Assembly: GCA_048938895.1 (NCBI GenBank)
Contig: JBHLLU010000047.1
Location: 1 to 31,498 of the forward strand
DNA length: 31,498 bases
Reading direction: 5' to 3'
DNA from: Promethearchaeota archaeon
GTDB lineage: Archaea; Asgardarchaeota; Lokiarchaeia; Sigyniarchaeales; SOKP01
Below, one piece after another: positions 7,554-17,852 of the stretch. Both the position numbers and the translations under genes were made by a program. Under the pieces are notes generated by a model. It had not been told where the DNA came from. It was given only the letters and a program-made list of their open reading frames with translations, and did no database searches. Positions within the stretch are counted from its first letter, which is position 1; every line of letters begins with the position of its first letter.

Positions 7554-9443
7554 ATGATTCATTCAAAATTTGAGAACCAGCTCCACGCAGAACAACTAAT
7601 GGGCAAAGGAAAATATAATAAAGCCTTAGAGGTTGTAAATAATGCAGAAAAGAGAGGAATTAATAATCCTGAAATAAATCTTTCACTTTTAATTTTCAAA
7701 GCTGAATTATATAGATATATGGGATATGGCAAAGACACCATAGAATATGCGAGTAAAGCTTATCAATTAAGTCAAAACCTTGGTATGGACTATATCTCTT
7801 TTGATGCGCTCATCTTCAAGTTTTGGGGTTGCTGGATGGTTGAGAATTTGGAGGAATTTATAAAAACTATTGATAAAATCAAAATCTCTTTCTCTTCACT
7901 AAAAGATGATCAAAGTGAAGAGTTTCTGAAACGTAAAGCCTATTTTTCTCTCGTACAAGCATGCGATACAGGTTTTTTTAAGAAAAACTCTGAATCAAAA
8001 ACATTGGAATTTTTTAAATATGGATTGAACGTTCTTGAAAAAATGGAGGATAATACTGGAAGAATTAAAATTTTGAACTCCATAGGATATTTTTATCAGG
8101 GAAGAGGGGATTTAGATAAAGCTACACATTATTATGAGCAAAGCCTAGATTTATCTAAAAGACTTGGAAATAATGCAATTGTTGCAGAAAACCTCTATTT
8201 TATTGCGAATTTACATAGATTGAAAGGAAATCTTGATATAGCATTGGAATATGCCAATCATAGCTTGAAATTTGAAGAGATAACAGGGAAAGTAAAAATT
8301 GATAATTATCTGATTATTGGAGAAATACACAGGATAATGGGTAATCTTGATCTTTCATTAGAATATTGTAAAAAGGGTTTGGACATTGCCTCTGAGATCG
8401 AATTAAAATATGAAATTACACGTTGCTTATGGCGTATAGGTCAAATTAAATGGATGAATGGTAGTTTAGAAAAGGCATGCGAAGATTTGGAGACTTGTTT
8501 AAAAATTTCCCAAGATAATGATTATTTAACTAATCAAGCAAACTCATTATTCCATCTAGTGAGAGTAAATGTTGATTTAGGCCAAAAAACAAAAGCAGAA
8601 AACTATCTGTATAATTTTGATCAGTTCCTTCAGAAACATTATCTTTCTACAGAAGCTCAATGGCATTCCCAACTGTATCGTATAGCTAAGGGCTATTTAT
8701 TAAAAACTAGTAATAGAGCTCGTAATAGGGGTGAGGCTGAAATTCTTTATAAACAGGTGGCTGAAGAAAAAGTCTTTTATTATGAGCTGACAGTTTTTGC
8801 AATTATTGAATTATGCGACCTTCTGATTAGAGATATGGGAGAAACTAATGATCCAACAATACTTACAGAATTAGAACCATATATTGAACAATTACTCAAC
8901 ATATCAAAGAATCAAAAATCTTATCGTTATATGGCGGAAACAAAATTATTACAAGCCAAACTCTCACTTTTAACTTTTAAAATAAAGAAGGCTAGACAAT
9001 ATTTAATACAAGCCAAAAGAATAGCCGAAAATTATGGATTATATCTATTGGCAACAAAAATTGATACAGAAAACGAGGATTTGATAAAAAAATTAGAATT
9101 ATGGGAAAAATTAAAGGAAACAGAAGCACCCATGAAAGATCGTCTTAAATTGGCTAGATTAGACGAAAAAATTATTGAACTAGTTTTCGATCATACGATT
9201 ACAGAGAAAAAAATTGCAGTCTCAAAAAGAAAGAAAACTTGCATAGTATGTAGGGGTGAAGTGCTTGGATATTCATACATCTGTATATGTGGTGCTAATT
9301 ATTGTGAAAATTGTGCTCGAGCTTTAACTAATTTAGAAAATGTCTGTTGGAATTGTGAAGAACCAATTGATTATTCAAAACCAATAAAGCCTTTTAAGAT
9401 AAAAGAGAAAAAAGAAGGGATAAAGAATTTTAAAAAAAATTGA
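7554..9443 (+). CDS. TPR-repeat protein with a C-terminal 8-Cys Zn-finger (RING-like)
   Basis: Repeated units such as LNSIGYFYQGRGDLDKATHYYEQSL. C-terminal CxxC..CxC..CxxC..CxxC. Confidence 0.85.
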   Translation: MIHSKFENQLHAEQLMGKGKYNKALEVVNNAEKRGINNPEINLSLLIFKAELYRYMGYGKDTIEYASKAYQLSQNLGMDYISFDALIFKFWGCWMVENLEEFIKTIDKIKISFSSLKDDQSEEFLKRKAYFSLVQACDTGFFKKNSESKTLEFFKYGLNVLEKMEDNTGRIKILNSIGYFYQGRGDLDKATHYYEQSLDLSKRLGNNAIVAENLYFIANLHRLKGNLDIALEYANHSLKFEEITGKVKIDNYLIIGEIHRIMGNLDLSLEYCKKGLDIASEIELKYEITRCLWRIGQIKWMNGSLEKACEDLETCLKISQDNDYLTNQANSLFHLVRVNVDLGQKTKAENYLYNFDQFLQKHYLSTEAQWHSQLYRIAKGYLLKTSNRARNRGEAEILYKQVAEEKVFYYELTVFAIIELCDLLIRDMGETNDPTILTELEPYIEQLLNISKNQKSYRYMAETKLLQAKLSLLTFKIKKARQYLIQAKRIAENYGLYLLATKIDTENEDLIKKLELWEKLKETEAPMKDRLKLARLDEKIIELVFDHTITEKKIAVSKRKKTCIVCRGEVLGYSYICICGANYCENCARALTNLENVCWNCEEPIDYSKPIKPFKIKEKKEGIKNFKKN

Positions 9444-9455
9444 GCCAAAATATAG

Positions 9456-10079
9456 TTAAATATAGGGTTGTCTGATGATAGTTTTCATTGATGCAGGATT
9501 TGTCTTCCGAGGATCACTCAGGTAAATTTCATGGTGTTTTTTTTTAAGACCATCAAATTTTCCTCCTTCTTTCTTTATAAAATCATGAATCTTTTGGATG
9601 GTAGGGCCTTCCTCCGAGTAAGGACCTATGTGCATAATCTGAGCTGATTTTCCTTCTTTATATTTTTCCAAACGAAGTTTCGGTAATAACTTTGAAAGCT
9701 CGGGTTTTTTCTTTTTGACAATAGCTTTTGCTTCATCAATTACTTCTTGAGTAATCCAATCAGGTTGTCTTATCATCATTGTCCATTTCCATTTATCTCT
9801 ATTTCCTTCTATGAAATCATTCATGTCATCTGCCCACCATAATCCTTCTAAAGGAGGAACTACATAATCTTTCCCTTTAGCTTTACTAAAGAACTTAGTT
9901 CTAAATGATACAGGATAAAGAACAGCAAGAGTATTTTGGTATTCTTTTGAATCTCCAGGAGAACCCATTCCATCAATCATAAGAAATTGCATGTCTGGAA
10001 TGTCTACAATTACTGGGTCTTGAGCTTTGTGTTGGTAGAACTCTTTTTGAATCTTCTTATAGTCAACTTTAGTTGGCAA
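9456..10079 (-). CDS. GyrI-like small-molecule-binding domain protein
   Basis: Motifs FLMIDGMGSP, YVVPPLEGLWW, WKWTMMIRQPD, QIMHIGPYSEE, HHEIYLSDPR and KTIIRQP. TTG start with AGGTG upstream. Confidence 0.85.
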   Translation of the reverse strand: MPTKVDYKKIQKEFYQHKAQDPVIVDIPDMQFLMIDGMGSPGDSKEYQNTLAVLYPVSFRTKFFSKAKGKDYVVPPLEGLWWADDMNDFIEGNRDKWKWTMMIRQPDWITQEVIDEAKAIVKKKKPELSKLLPKLRLEKYKEGKSAQIMHIGPYSEEGPTIQKIHDFIKKEGGKFDGLKKKHHEIYLSDPRKTNPASMKTIIRQPYI

Positions 10080-10106
10080 TTATACTAACACCTTTTTTAA
10101 AATTCA

Positions 10107-10238
10107 TTACTCTCTTGGTTGGAATGATTTTGTTGGGCAACTTTCTACATCAAGGGTTGCAGGAACTTCATGACCAAAGCAATCCCCTTTAGTTTCATCT
10201 ATAGGTTTATAAAATTTGCATTCTTTACATTGAGCCAT
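10107..10238 (-). CDS. 43-aa four-Cys protein (BssC/TutF-like small Fe-S or Zn protein), absent from the ORF track
   Basis: Hand translation: MAQCKECKFYKPIDETKGDCFGHEVPATLDVESCPTKSFQPRE*. CxxC-x12-C-x13-C spacing with a GDC motif. GTGAT SD-like sequence upstream. It sits 27 bp upstream of the GyrI-like gene. Confidence 0.75.
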   Translation of the reverse strand: MAQCKECKFYKPIDETKGDCFGHEVPATLDVESCPTKSFQPRE

Positions 10239-10285
10239 TTTTTTATCACATTAAAATAATTATTAAGTTTATAGGTGATATAATT

Positions 10286-10343
10286 ATTTGTGACAATAAA
10301 AATCTATTTGTTTTACAAAATCTTTTTATACTTTGTCACAAAT
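10286..10343. promoter_or_regulatory. Palindromic operator array TTGTNACAA in a divergent intergenic region
   Basis: TTGTGACAA at 10288-10296, TTGTCACAA at 10333-10341 and a degenerate TTGTTTTACAA at 10308-10318. Confidence 0.55.
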
Positions 10344-10382
10344 TATTTAATAAAGAGAACTAAGAAAATTATACTAAAAGAA

Positions 10383-11411
10383 ATGATAACTAAACTAACT
10401 TCTTTTCTTTATGAGATGGGATTTTCAGAAATACAAATTGAAATCTATAAATATCTACTAACTCATAAGTATGGAACTATTAACGATATAAAAAGAGATT
10501 TGAATTATTCTTATACCCAAGTGTATAATAACTTACTCTTCTTAGAAGAAAAAGGATTAATAGAATCTTCTTCTGATTCCAAACCTAAATTATATATTCG
10601 AATTAATCCAAAAATGGCTTTAACAGAACTTATTAACATTAGGTATAGTAATTTTCAAGAAAAAATTAATAGAATTGATGAAGAAATTAAAATTCAAGAA
10701 TCTAAATTCGGCAGATGTGTTCGAGATGTCAGTTTTTACCACTATTCAGATATTCTCTTAGGTATAAACAATTTGACTGATTTGATCGAAAATGCCGAGC
10801 AAGAAATAATAATAACTTCTCTGCCTCCCTCATTGATAAAAAGATTAGAACCAAGTCTATATGAAGCCTATATGAATGGAGTAGAAGTTAAATTATATTT
10901 CTCCCAGGCTGATTTTGAGACAATACACAACTATTTTGAAGAAATCACTAATATTTTAAGAAGAATAAGGATAGAAATTATTCAAACTGAGCAAAAAGCA
11001 TGCCGGGTTGTAAGATATAATGATAAAATTGTCAATTCAGGAAATATTTTTATAGACAATATATATCTAAACTCAATTGTCTTTCATGAAGATGAAATTC
11101 TTCAGTTTGATGGATTTGTTGAACCCAATGTAATTAAGAATTCAAAGAAATATCTCGAACCTCCAATTAAAACAATTGTCAAGCGAATAAAGATTGATTT
11201 TCCTGAACCAATCCAAAATGTATTGAATATAATCAGAGAAAACAAATCTATTAAAACCCGTGATTTAAGCAGTTTGTCTAAAATAGGGGGGGCTAAATTA
11301 CGAGAGATTCTTAACTTCTTAATTGATCAAGGTGTCCTAAAAGAAAAAATAGTAAAAGAAAATAAAGCTGGTAGACCGAAACGAGAGTATATTTTAATAG
11401 ATGAGCTATGA
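10383..11411 (+). CDS. TrmB-family transcriptional regulator with an additional C-terminal winged HTH
   Basis: N-terminal MGFSEIQIEIYKYL..YTQVYNNL..LEEKGLIE..KPKLY TrmB HTH. Central effector domain (IENAEQEIII..GVEVKLY). C-terminal ..LREILNFLIDQGVL..GRPKREY wHTH. ATG 10383 is preferred over GTG 10290, which lies inside the operator. Confidence 0.85.
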   Translation: MITKLTSFLYEMGFSEIQIEIYKYLLTHKYGTINDIKRDLNYSYTQVYNNLLFLEEKGLIESSSDSKPKLYIRINPKMALTELINIRYSNFQEKINRIDEEIKIQESKFGRCVRDVSFYHYSDILLGINNLTDLIENAEQEIIITSLPPSLIKRLEPSLYEAYMNGVEVKLYFSQADFETIHNYFEEITNILRRIRIEIIQTEQKACRVVRYNDKIVNSGNIFIDNIYLNSIVFHEDEILQFDGFVEPNVIKNSKKYLEPPIKTIVKRIKIDFPEPIQNVLNIIRENKSIKTRDLSSLSKIGGAKLREILNFLIDQGVLKEKIVKENKAGRPKREYILIDEL

Positions 11412-11424
11412 ATTAATGAAAAAC

Positions 11425-12636
11425 CTAAAACCAAAACTCGATATTATCTCCTAAATCTTCCCTAAATTGCCTATTAAATCCTTTATATATATCCTTCTGA
11501 ATAATATATTTCATAATTTCATCAGTGCCACCACCTATTCGGTGAAGTCTGATATCCCTGAGTAACCTTTCTATCGGATATTTGTTCGTATAGCCTATTC
11601 CTCCCATAATTTGTAAGGCATCATCACATATTTTATGAGTTGCTTGTACTATAAACAGTTTGCATGTTGCAGCTAGTGCGGGATTTTGTGCCTTCCTATA
11701 AGCTCTTAGATACAAAGCTTTTCCTGCTTCATAGTTGGCAACCATTTCAGCAATTTTAAAACTAATTCCTTCGAACTCACTTATGGGCTGCTTAAATTGT
11801 ACTCTTTCTTGAGAATATTTGATCGCTATTTCGATTGCTCTTTTGGCTACTGAAAGAGCTTGTAATGACATGGCTACTCTTTCAGGGCCGAGGAATTGTT
11901 GCATACTTGAAATTGCAGAAGTTCTTTTCTTCTGAGTTCCTTCGGTTTTCGGTTTTAATTCACTATAAAATAGGAGATTTTCCTTAGGAACTTTAACATC
12001 CGTAAATTTCAGATGCCCCAAATTTAAACCATGAAGTCCCATGAGTTTATATTCTTCTAGCATTTCAAATCCTTCAAATCCAGATTCAACAATAAATGCC
12101 CCGTTCCGTCCGTAAACACACATTATATCAGCAACACTCCCATTAGTGATAAATCTTTTTTCCCCGTTGAGAATAAAATTCCCATCATCATTTTTTTCAT
12201 AAATCGTTTTCATCCTTGAAAGATCGGATCCTGCATCGGGTTCAGTAAAACAAAAACAACCTTTTAGCTCTCCAGTTACTAAAGGTTTAATATATTTCCC
12301 AAGACGCTCTTCTCTTCTAAAAACTCTAATCAAACCTGCAGGATAAACACTTGACCCTCTTACCATATCATAAACCAAACTCTCATAACATAATGCCTCA
12401 ACAAGTAACATTTCCTGGAAATAGGAACCAGCTCTTCCACCCAACTCTTTGGGATATGTTAATCCAAGCAATCCTTTCTTTCCTAAAGGTTCCAAAACAT
12501 CCCAAACGTTAATTTTTCCCTCTTCTAAATCTTGTGTTTTAGGAGCAACTTCTGAAGCAATTATTTCATCAATTTCTTCTTTAAATATTCTATCCTTTTC
12601 ACTCAGGTTCTCATGATCAATTACAATTTTTTTCAT
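11425..12636 (-). CDS. Acyl-CoA dehydrogenase
   Basis: CFCFTEPDAGSD, LNGEKRFITNG, RVQFKQPI, QIMGGIGY and RIGGGTDEI motifs. Confidence 0.95.
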   Translation of the reverse strand: MKKIVIDHENLSEKDRIFKEEIDEIIASEVAPKTQDLEEGKINVWDVLEPLGKKGLLGLTYPKELGGRAGSYFQEMLLVEALCYESLVYDMVRGSSVYPAGLIRVFRREERLGKYIKPLVTGELKGCFCFTEPDAGSDLSRMKTIYEKNDDGNFILNGEKRFITNGSVADIMCVYGRNGAFIVESGFEGFEMLEEYKLMGLHGLNLGHLKFTDVKVPKENLLFYSELKPKTEGTQKKRTSAISSMQQFLGPERVAMSLQALSVAKRAIEIAIKYSQERVQFKQPISEFEGISFKIAEMVANYEAGKALYLRAYRKAQNPALAATCKLFIVQATHKICDDALQIMGGIGYTNKYPIERLLRDIRLHRIGGGTDEIMKYIIQKDIYKGFNRQFREDLGDNIEFWF

Positions 12637-12726
12637 GTTTAATCAATAGGTTGAATTTTCATTAAATAATTTGAATTAACAAAATTTTATAAATTTCTTA
12701 TAAATCAATAATATCTATTTCTCTAA

Positions 12727-13152
12727 GGCTTATTTTTGATTTTTGATTTACCCCGGTTTTTCTTACTCCAAAAAACCCCATAAAAGATTTTTGTCGGAGT
12801 TATTCAATCAAAAAATCCAAAAGTTTATTTGTCGGTTAGATCCTACAAAACTGTAAATTCTGTTCCCATCGCACGTAATTTTGACAAAATATTCAAAACT
12901 AAATATGTAGATTTTTATCATGGTATTGAATATTAGAAAATTTTTACACTCTATTGATTTAATTGGCTAAATAAATTATTTAAAACTATGTCAAAAGCAA
13001 TATCTTATTATGATTGGAAATTATCATTTCAAAGGAAAATTGATACTGAGAGTGAGGAAGGAAATGATGATGAACCAATTAATACTTTAGGAATTCCTGA
13101 CAGCAATTTTAAAGATTTTATAAAAAATTGGAAGGAAAAAAATCTTAAATAA
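12727..13152 (+). pseudogene. Probable decayed gene; its last 54 codons (12988-13152) form an intact short ORF
   Basis: One frame runs about 142 codons with only three internal stops (12781 TAA, 12934 TAG, 12955 TGA) in very AT-rich DNA. The tail is protein-like (MSKAISYYDWKLSFQRKIDTESEEGNDDEPINTLGIPDSNFKDFIKNWKEKNLK). Confidence 0.35.
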
Positions 13153-13186
13153 ATTGGCAACTACTTTTTTTGCTTTAAATTTTGAT

Positions 13187-15778
13187 TTATTCTAATATAT
13201 CATAATGACTAAAGAGTCGTATTAGTAGCTTTTTGAGCCGGAAATTTCTCTTTGACATTCTACTAATTAAAGAATTTAAAAATGGCATAGATTCATCCGC
13301 TCTTGAGGGGATCTTATTCTCAAAATCAGGATAATTTATTCCACCTGTAGCCTTAGGAGGTCTCCCAAAAGTTTTAACCATCTCCCAATTGTTTTCATTG
13401 GTTTTTGATCCTACCCAAGTTTCATCCGTTTTAATCTGAATTATCTTACCTGAATTTTGCTTTATTATCCCATATAGGTTAATTGGCCCAACACCACCAA
13501 TATAATCAGTATTTTCAACTAAGAGAACATTTTCCCCTTTTTTCAGATATTTAGCTATATCAAAAATTTGAATGTTGTGTTCGAGTCTCACATAATTAAG
13601 AGATTGTCTAGTAATAACATGTCCTACTTCTTCACCATTGACAAAGATTTTTGAAAATGTTCCTGCAATTACCTGCAAAAATGCTTGTTCAATACCCTCT
13701 TCAATTGTAATGGTTTTTTTATAAAAAGTATTATGAATTTGGTGTATATAATTTGAATCTAAATAAATTAATTCACTTAGTATATTAGGATCCTCCCATT
13801 TCTTATTATTTTTAAGCGCTTCTAACTTTTCGTTATAGAATTTGAGTAACCACAGATATTTTTGTTTAACTGAACTAAACCCATTTTCCTTAGCGCAATC
13901 AAACCAAAGATTTTCATATTCTTTTAGCAGATCCTTTAAGTCTGTTATTAAATTTTCTATTTCAAAAATACCTCTATCCCTAAGAAAAGGAATTTCTCTC
14001 TTTAAATGAAAATTTACTATATTAAATGAATTCATCCGTTTTTTACAATAAAATCTTAGATGTTTTGCAACAAATAAAAGACTTCTGATATTAATTTTGT
14101 TTTTTAAGACATCTTTTTCTAATGATTCGCATTTTTCTATTAGTTCATCTAAGTCAGATATTAATTCCTTAAATCCCTTTATATTAAGATTTTTCTTAAA
14201 TCGTTGTGTATTTTTACTAAAAGGATGAGCAAAGAAACGATTGTAATAACCTGAGCTTCGAGTATGTAACAACTTTTTATCTTGAATTTGTCTAAATTTA
14301 CTAAATATCTCAACTAATCGGTGATCATAAATACCAAAGAAATGAACAAATAATCCTTTCCAAAATACCAATTTATTTATTTCTTTATCTGGATCCCAGC
14401 CTACCATAGCAGAGAAGATAAACCCATATATTCTGTTTTCTCGAATTTCCTTGTTATAATAATCACCCCAACTTGAGGTAATTTCTCCCTCGATACCAAT
14501 TTTATACCCATATTTAACCAAATTAATAATATTTTGTTCGTATCTGTCGATCGATGGAAATATGCGGTTGAAATCCATTATTGAAGGGCTTACAATTATA
14601 GGAAAATTATATTCCTTAACTTTGTCTATTATTGGATGTTTTTTTCGAATGTTATATTTCCAATACATTATTATCATATCTTTAGGAAGATTTTCGAGGA
14701 CTTCAACGTATTTGTATAGTATATCATGGTAAATAACCACTTTTTTATACCCATATTTTTTGGCAATATCATAAATTCTTTTATAATGGTTAATGTATGC
14801 GATACTAAGTCCTATTTCTTCAATGTATTGCTTTGAATTCCCTTTCCCAACATCAAAACTTTCATCAGCACCAATGTGAAAATAATCTGAAGTGAAAACT
14901 TCGCTTAATTCTCCTATCATTTTATCTAACATTTCATAAATTTCTTCATTTGCTAGGTTTAGACTATTAGATCCTGGAAATTCCCCATATTTCCAATAAA
15001 CAGGGTTATGTAGAATATTATCCCAATGACCGATTGTTTGAAAAATTGGAATTAGCTCAACAAAATAATTATTTGCAAATTCCACTAAATCTTCAATTTC
15101 TTCTTTACTGTAAGCCCCACGATTCTCTCCAATGTCAGGATAATCCTTAAATCTAAACATATCTTGCATATAAACCAGATAATATTGATTTACTTTGAAA
15201 TGGCTTAAATTTTTAATGAATTTCTTTAAATTATCTACTTTAGGAGCTTGGCCTCTTGAAATATCATCAGATACGCCCCGTATTTTTAATGCGGGGAAAT
15301 CTATTATTTTTAAACTATTCAGCGAGAGTTTATCCTTCCCTGAATTTAAAATCTGAATTAAAGTTTGCACTCCATAAAAAATCCCTTGAGGTGAGTGTGA
15401 TTTGATAATCAATTCAGAACCATGAGAAATAAGAAAATAACCTTGATCTACATAGTTTTGATTTGTAAAAACTGAGTTGTAGAGTCGTTCTGGAAACTGT
15501 TTAATATTCTCCTCAAAAAACGTTTTTATTTGGGGGTATTTCTCAATCTTTTGAATTTTAATAGCTTCTAACTGTTTTTTTAAGCCAAATGAGATCAACA
15601 TATCCTGTAATTCATCAATAATGTAAAGCAGCTTTTCTGGTATATCCGTAATTACTTTTACATTTTCATTGATTTTGTTTTTGGATGATTCTATCTTGAT
15701 GTACCGAGGCTGAGGAACTAAATAAAGTTCTTCTTTTGTATTTTCAGTTGGAAGTAATCGTTCTAAATAAATGAACAT
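13187..15778 (-). CDS. GH20 beta-N-acetylhexosaminidase (GcnA/HexD-like) with a C-terminal beta-sandwich domain
   Basis: GH20b N-domain ([16 protein letters not shown]), [24 protein letters not shown] and the catalytic HIGADE. No signal peptide is evident. Confidence 0.9.
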   Translation of the reverse strand: MFIYLERLLPTENTKEELYLVPQPRYIKIESSKNKINENVKVITDIPEKLLYIIDELQDMLISFGLKKQLEAIKIQKIEKYPQIKTFFEENIKQFPERLYNSVFTNQNYVDQGYFLISHGSELIIKSHSPQGIFYGVQTLIQILNSGKDKLSLNSLKIIDFPALKIRGVSDDISRGQAPKVDNLKKFIKNLSHFKVNQYYLVYMQDMFRFKDYPDIGENRGAYSKEEIEDLVEFANNYFVELIPIFQTIGHWDNILHNPVYWKYGEFPGSNSLNLANEEIYEMLDKMIGELSEVFTSDYFHIGADESFDVGKGNSKQYIEEIGLSIAYINHYKRIYDIAKKYGYKKVVIYHDILYKYVEVLENLPKDMIIMYWKYNIRKKHPIIDKVKEYNFPIIVSPSIMDFNRIFPSIDRYEQNIINLVKYGYKIGIEGEITSSWGDYYNKEIRENRIYGFIFSAMVGWDPDKEINKLVFWKGLFVHFFGIYDHRLVEIFSKFRQIQDKKLLHTRSSGYYNRFFAHPFSKNTQRFKKNLNIKGFKELISDLDELIEKCESLEKDVLKNKINIRSLLFVAKHLRFYCKKRMNSFNIVNFHLKREIPFLRDRGIFEIENLITDLKDLLKEYENLWFDCAKENGFSSVKQKYLWLLKFYNEKLEALKNNKKWEDPNILSELIYLDSNYIHQIHNTFYKKTITIEEGIEQAFLQVIAGTFSKIFVNGEEVGHVITRQSLNYVRLEHNIQIFDIAKYLKKGENVLLVENTDYIGGVGPINLYGIIKQNSGKIIQIKTDETWVGSKTNENNWEMVKTFGRPPKATGGINYPDFENKIPSRADESMPFLNSLISRMSKRNFRLKKLLIRLFSHYDILE

Positions 15779-15886
15779 ATTATTACTTAAATTGTATGAT
15801 AAAAATAAATGTTAGTTTTAAATTAGAAAATCAATAACATTAAAATAAAAAAAAATTAAAAAAGAAACGGGTAAAAAATTATAGAT

Positions 15887-17572
15887 TTAAACTTCTTCTC
15901 CGCGACGCCTAGCCTCGATGTCTTTGAGATCTTTACGAAGAACTTTACCCACTAATGTTTCAGGCAATTCCTTACGAAATTCTATATCTCTAGGAACCTT
16001 GTAAGGGGCAACATTCTGTCTACAGAATTCTTTTATCTCATTTTTCATTTCATCACTTTCTCTATAGCCATCTTTTAATACAATATATGCTTTAACCTGT
16101 TCACTACCAGGCAATTTAGGATTGGGAACTCCGATTATTGCCACATTTTCAATTGCTTCATTTTCAAACAAAACATCCTCAAGCTCTCTTGGATATACCT
16201 TAAATCCACTGACGTTAATCATATCTTTCTTGCGGTCTACAATATAGAGATACCCATCTTCATCCATTCTACCAATATCTCCAGTTAATAACCAACCATC
16301 TTTTAATTGACCTGCTGTTTCCTCTGGTTTATTCCAATAACCTATCATAACCTGTGGGCCTCTAATCATGATTTCACCTTCTTCACCCTGGGGGACAATC
16401 TTAGTATAATCATCTATATTAACGATTCTAAATTCTGTATTAGGTAAGGCTAATCCAACAGATCCTATCTTTCGTGTTCCTTTTAAAGGATTAACATGAG
16501 TTGCTGGTGATGCTTCAGTCATCCCGTATCCTTCAATGATAACCGCACCAGTTCGTTCTTCAAATTCTTTAAGAACTTCAGGAGGCATTGGGGCAGCACC
16601 AGTGTTACATACTTTAATTGATTTGAGATCTTTAGCATAATCCTCAAGATCATCACGTTCTAACAGACGCATATACATAGTTGGTACTCCTGGGAACAAC
16701 GCGGGATGAGTCGCCTTAATTGTCTCAAAAAGCCCTTTCTGATCTCGGGGATCAGGGTGTAAAGCAATTGTTGTTCCACTGAATATAAAACTATTCATAC
16801 ACACTTGCATTCCATAGATGTGGAATAATGGGAGCGTAGTAAGTGCAGTCACTTTCCCTCTTTGAGCAACGGATTTCGTCCATTCATACATCTGATAGCA
16901 ATTTGCTACAAGATTATAATGTGTAAGCATAGCTCCTTTAGGTAACCCAGTTGTACCTCCAGTATATTGTAAAATTGCAATATCCTCCTTTGCATTCGTT
17001 TCAAAGGTGGGAGGATTAGGCTTTGTTTTTTCAATTAAGTTTAAAAATTGCATAGTTCCCGCTATTTCTGGTGGATTTCTTGGCGCCATTGGAGCATAAT
17101 CGAAAACATTAGTTATGATTATATGTCTGAGCCGAGTCCTCTCTTTTACATTCATAATTTTTTCAAGTTCACTATCCCATGCGATTATAACTTCTGCTCC
17201 AGAATCATTAAGCTGATAAGCTAATTCATGCTCTGTATGAAGTACGCTGCATGCTGTTACCGCTGCTCCTGCTTTCTGAATACCATAAAATGAAAATGGA
17301 AATTGTGGCATATTAGGAAGCATTATTGCAACGACATCACCTTTCCTAACACCTAAATCAACGAGAACTGTAGCAAGTCTTTCTGATATATCTTTAAATT
17401 TTTTATAGGAAATTTTATTTTTCATATACCATATAGCAGTTCGTCCACCAAATTCTTTTGTGGTATTATCAAGAAACTCAGAAATATTCATTTCAGGAAT
17501 TTCTATTTCCTTTGGCACATCATCATCATAATGTTCCAACCATGGTTTTGCGGCGTACGGATTTTCACTCAT
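15887..17572 (-). CDS. fadD: Long-chain fatty-acid--CoA ligase (FadD-like adenylate-forming enzyme)
   Basis: QYTGGTTGLPKG P-loop, EGYGMTE, GWLLTGDIG, VDRKKDMINVSG and VGKVLR motifs. ATG 17572 has GAGG upstream; the alternative start is TTG 17584. Substrate specificity is not determinable. Confidence 0.9.
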   Translation of the reverse strand: MSENPYAAKPWLEHYDDDVPKEIEIPEMNISEFLDNTTKEFGGRTAIWYMKNKISYKKFKDISERLATVLVDLGVRKGDVVAIMLPNMPQFPFSFYGIQKAGAAVTACSVLHTEHELAYQLNDSGAEVIIAWDSELEKIMNVKERTRLRHIIITNVFDYAPMAPRNPPEIAGTMQFLNLIEKTKPNPPTFETNAKEDIAILQYTGGTTGLPKGAMLTHYNLVANCYQMYEWTKSVAQRGKVTALTTLPLFHIYGMQVCMNSFIFSGTTIALHPDPRDQKGLFETIKATHPALFPGVPTMYMRLLERDDLEDYAKDLKSIKVCNTGAAPMPPEVLKEFEERTGAVIIEGYGMTEASPATHVNPLKGTRKIGSVGLALPNTEFRIVNIDDYTKIVPQGEEGEIMIRGPQVMIGYWNKPEETAGQLKDGWLLTGDIGRMDEDGYLYIVDRKKDMINVSGFKVYPRELEDVLFENEAIENVAIIGVPNPKLPGSEQVKAYIVLKDGYRESDEMKNEIKEFCRQNVAPYKVPRDIEFRKELPETLVGKVLRKDLKDIEARRRGEEV

Positions 17573-17852
17573 CTTTTTCAACAACCTCTTATTTTTAATT
17601 TATAATCTTAAAAAAGTACATTTATATTAAAACTATTCCTCTTTAAGCTAGTTTCTATATGAAATTACTCAGTGAAAAAAAGGTATTTTCATTATTCGAT
17701 TTGTTATCTGTGGAAGTTATAATTAAAAATAGTTAAATATAGAATCTAAGATATTTTATTCAAGAATCTCTTTCTCTCGTAATAAAATGTTAGAATCTAT
17801 TTTACAGGTCAAAATAGCGTAGAAAAGAAAATCATGGGATATTTTTAGAAAC

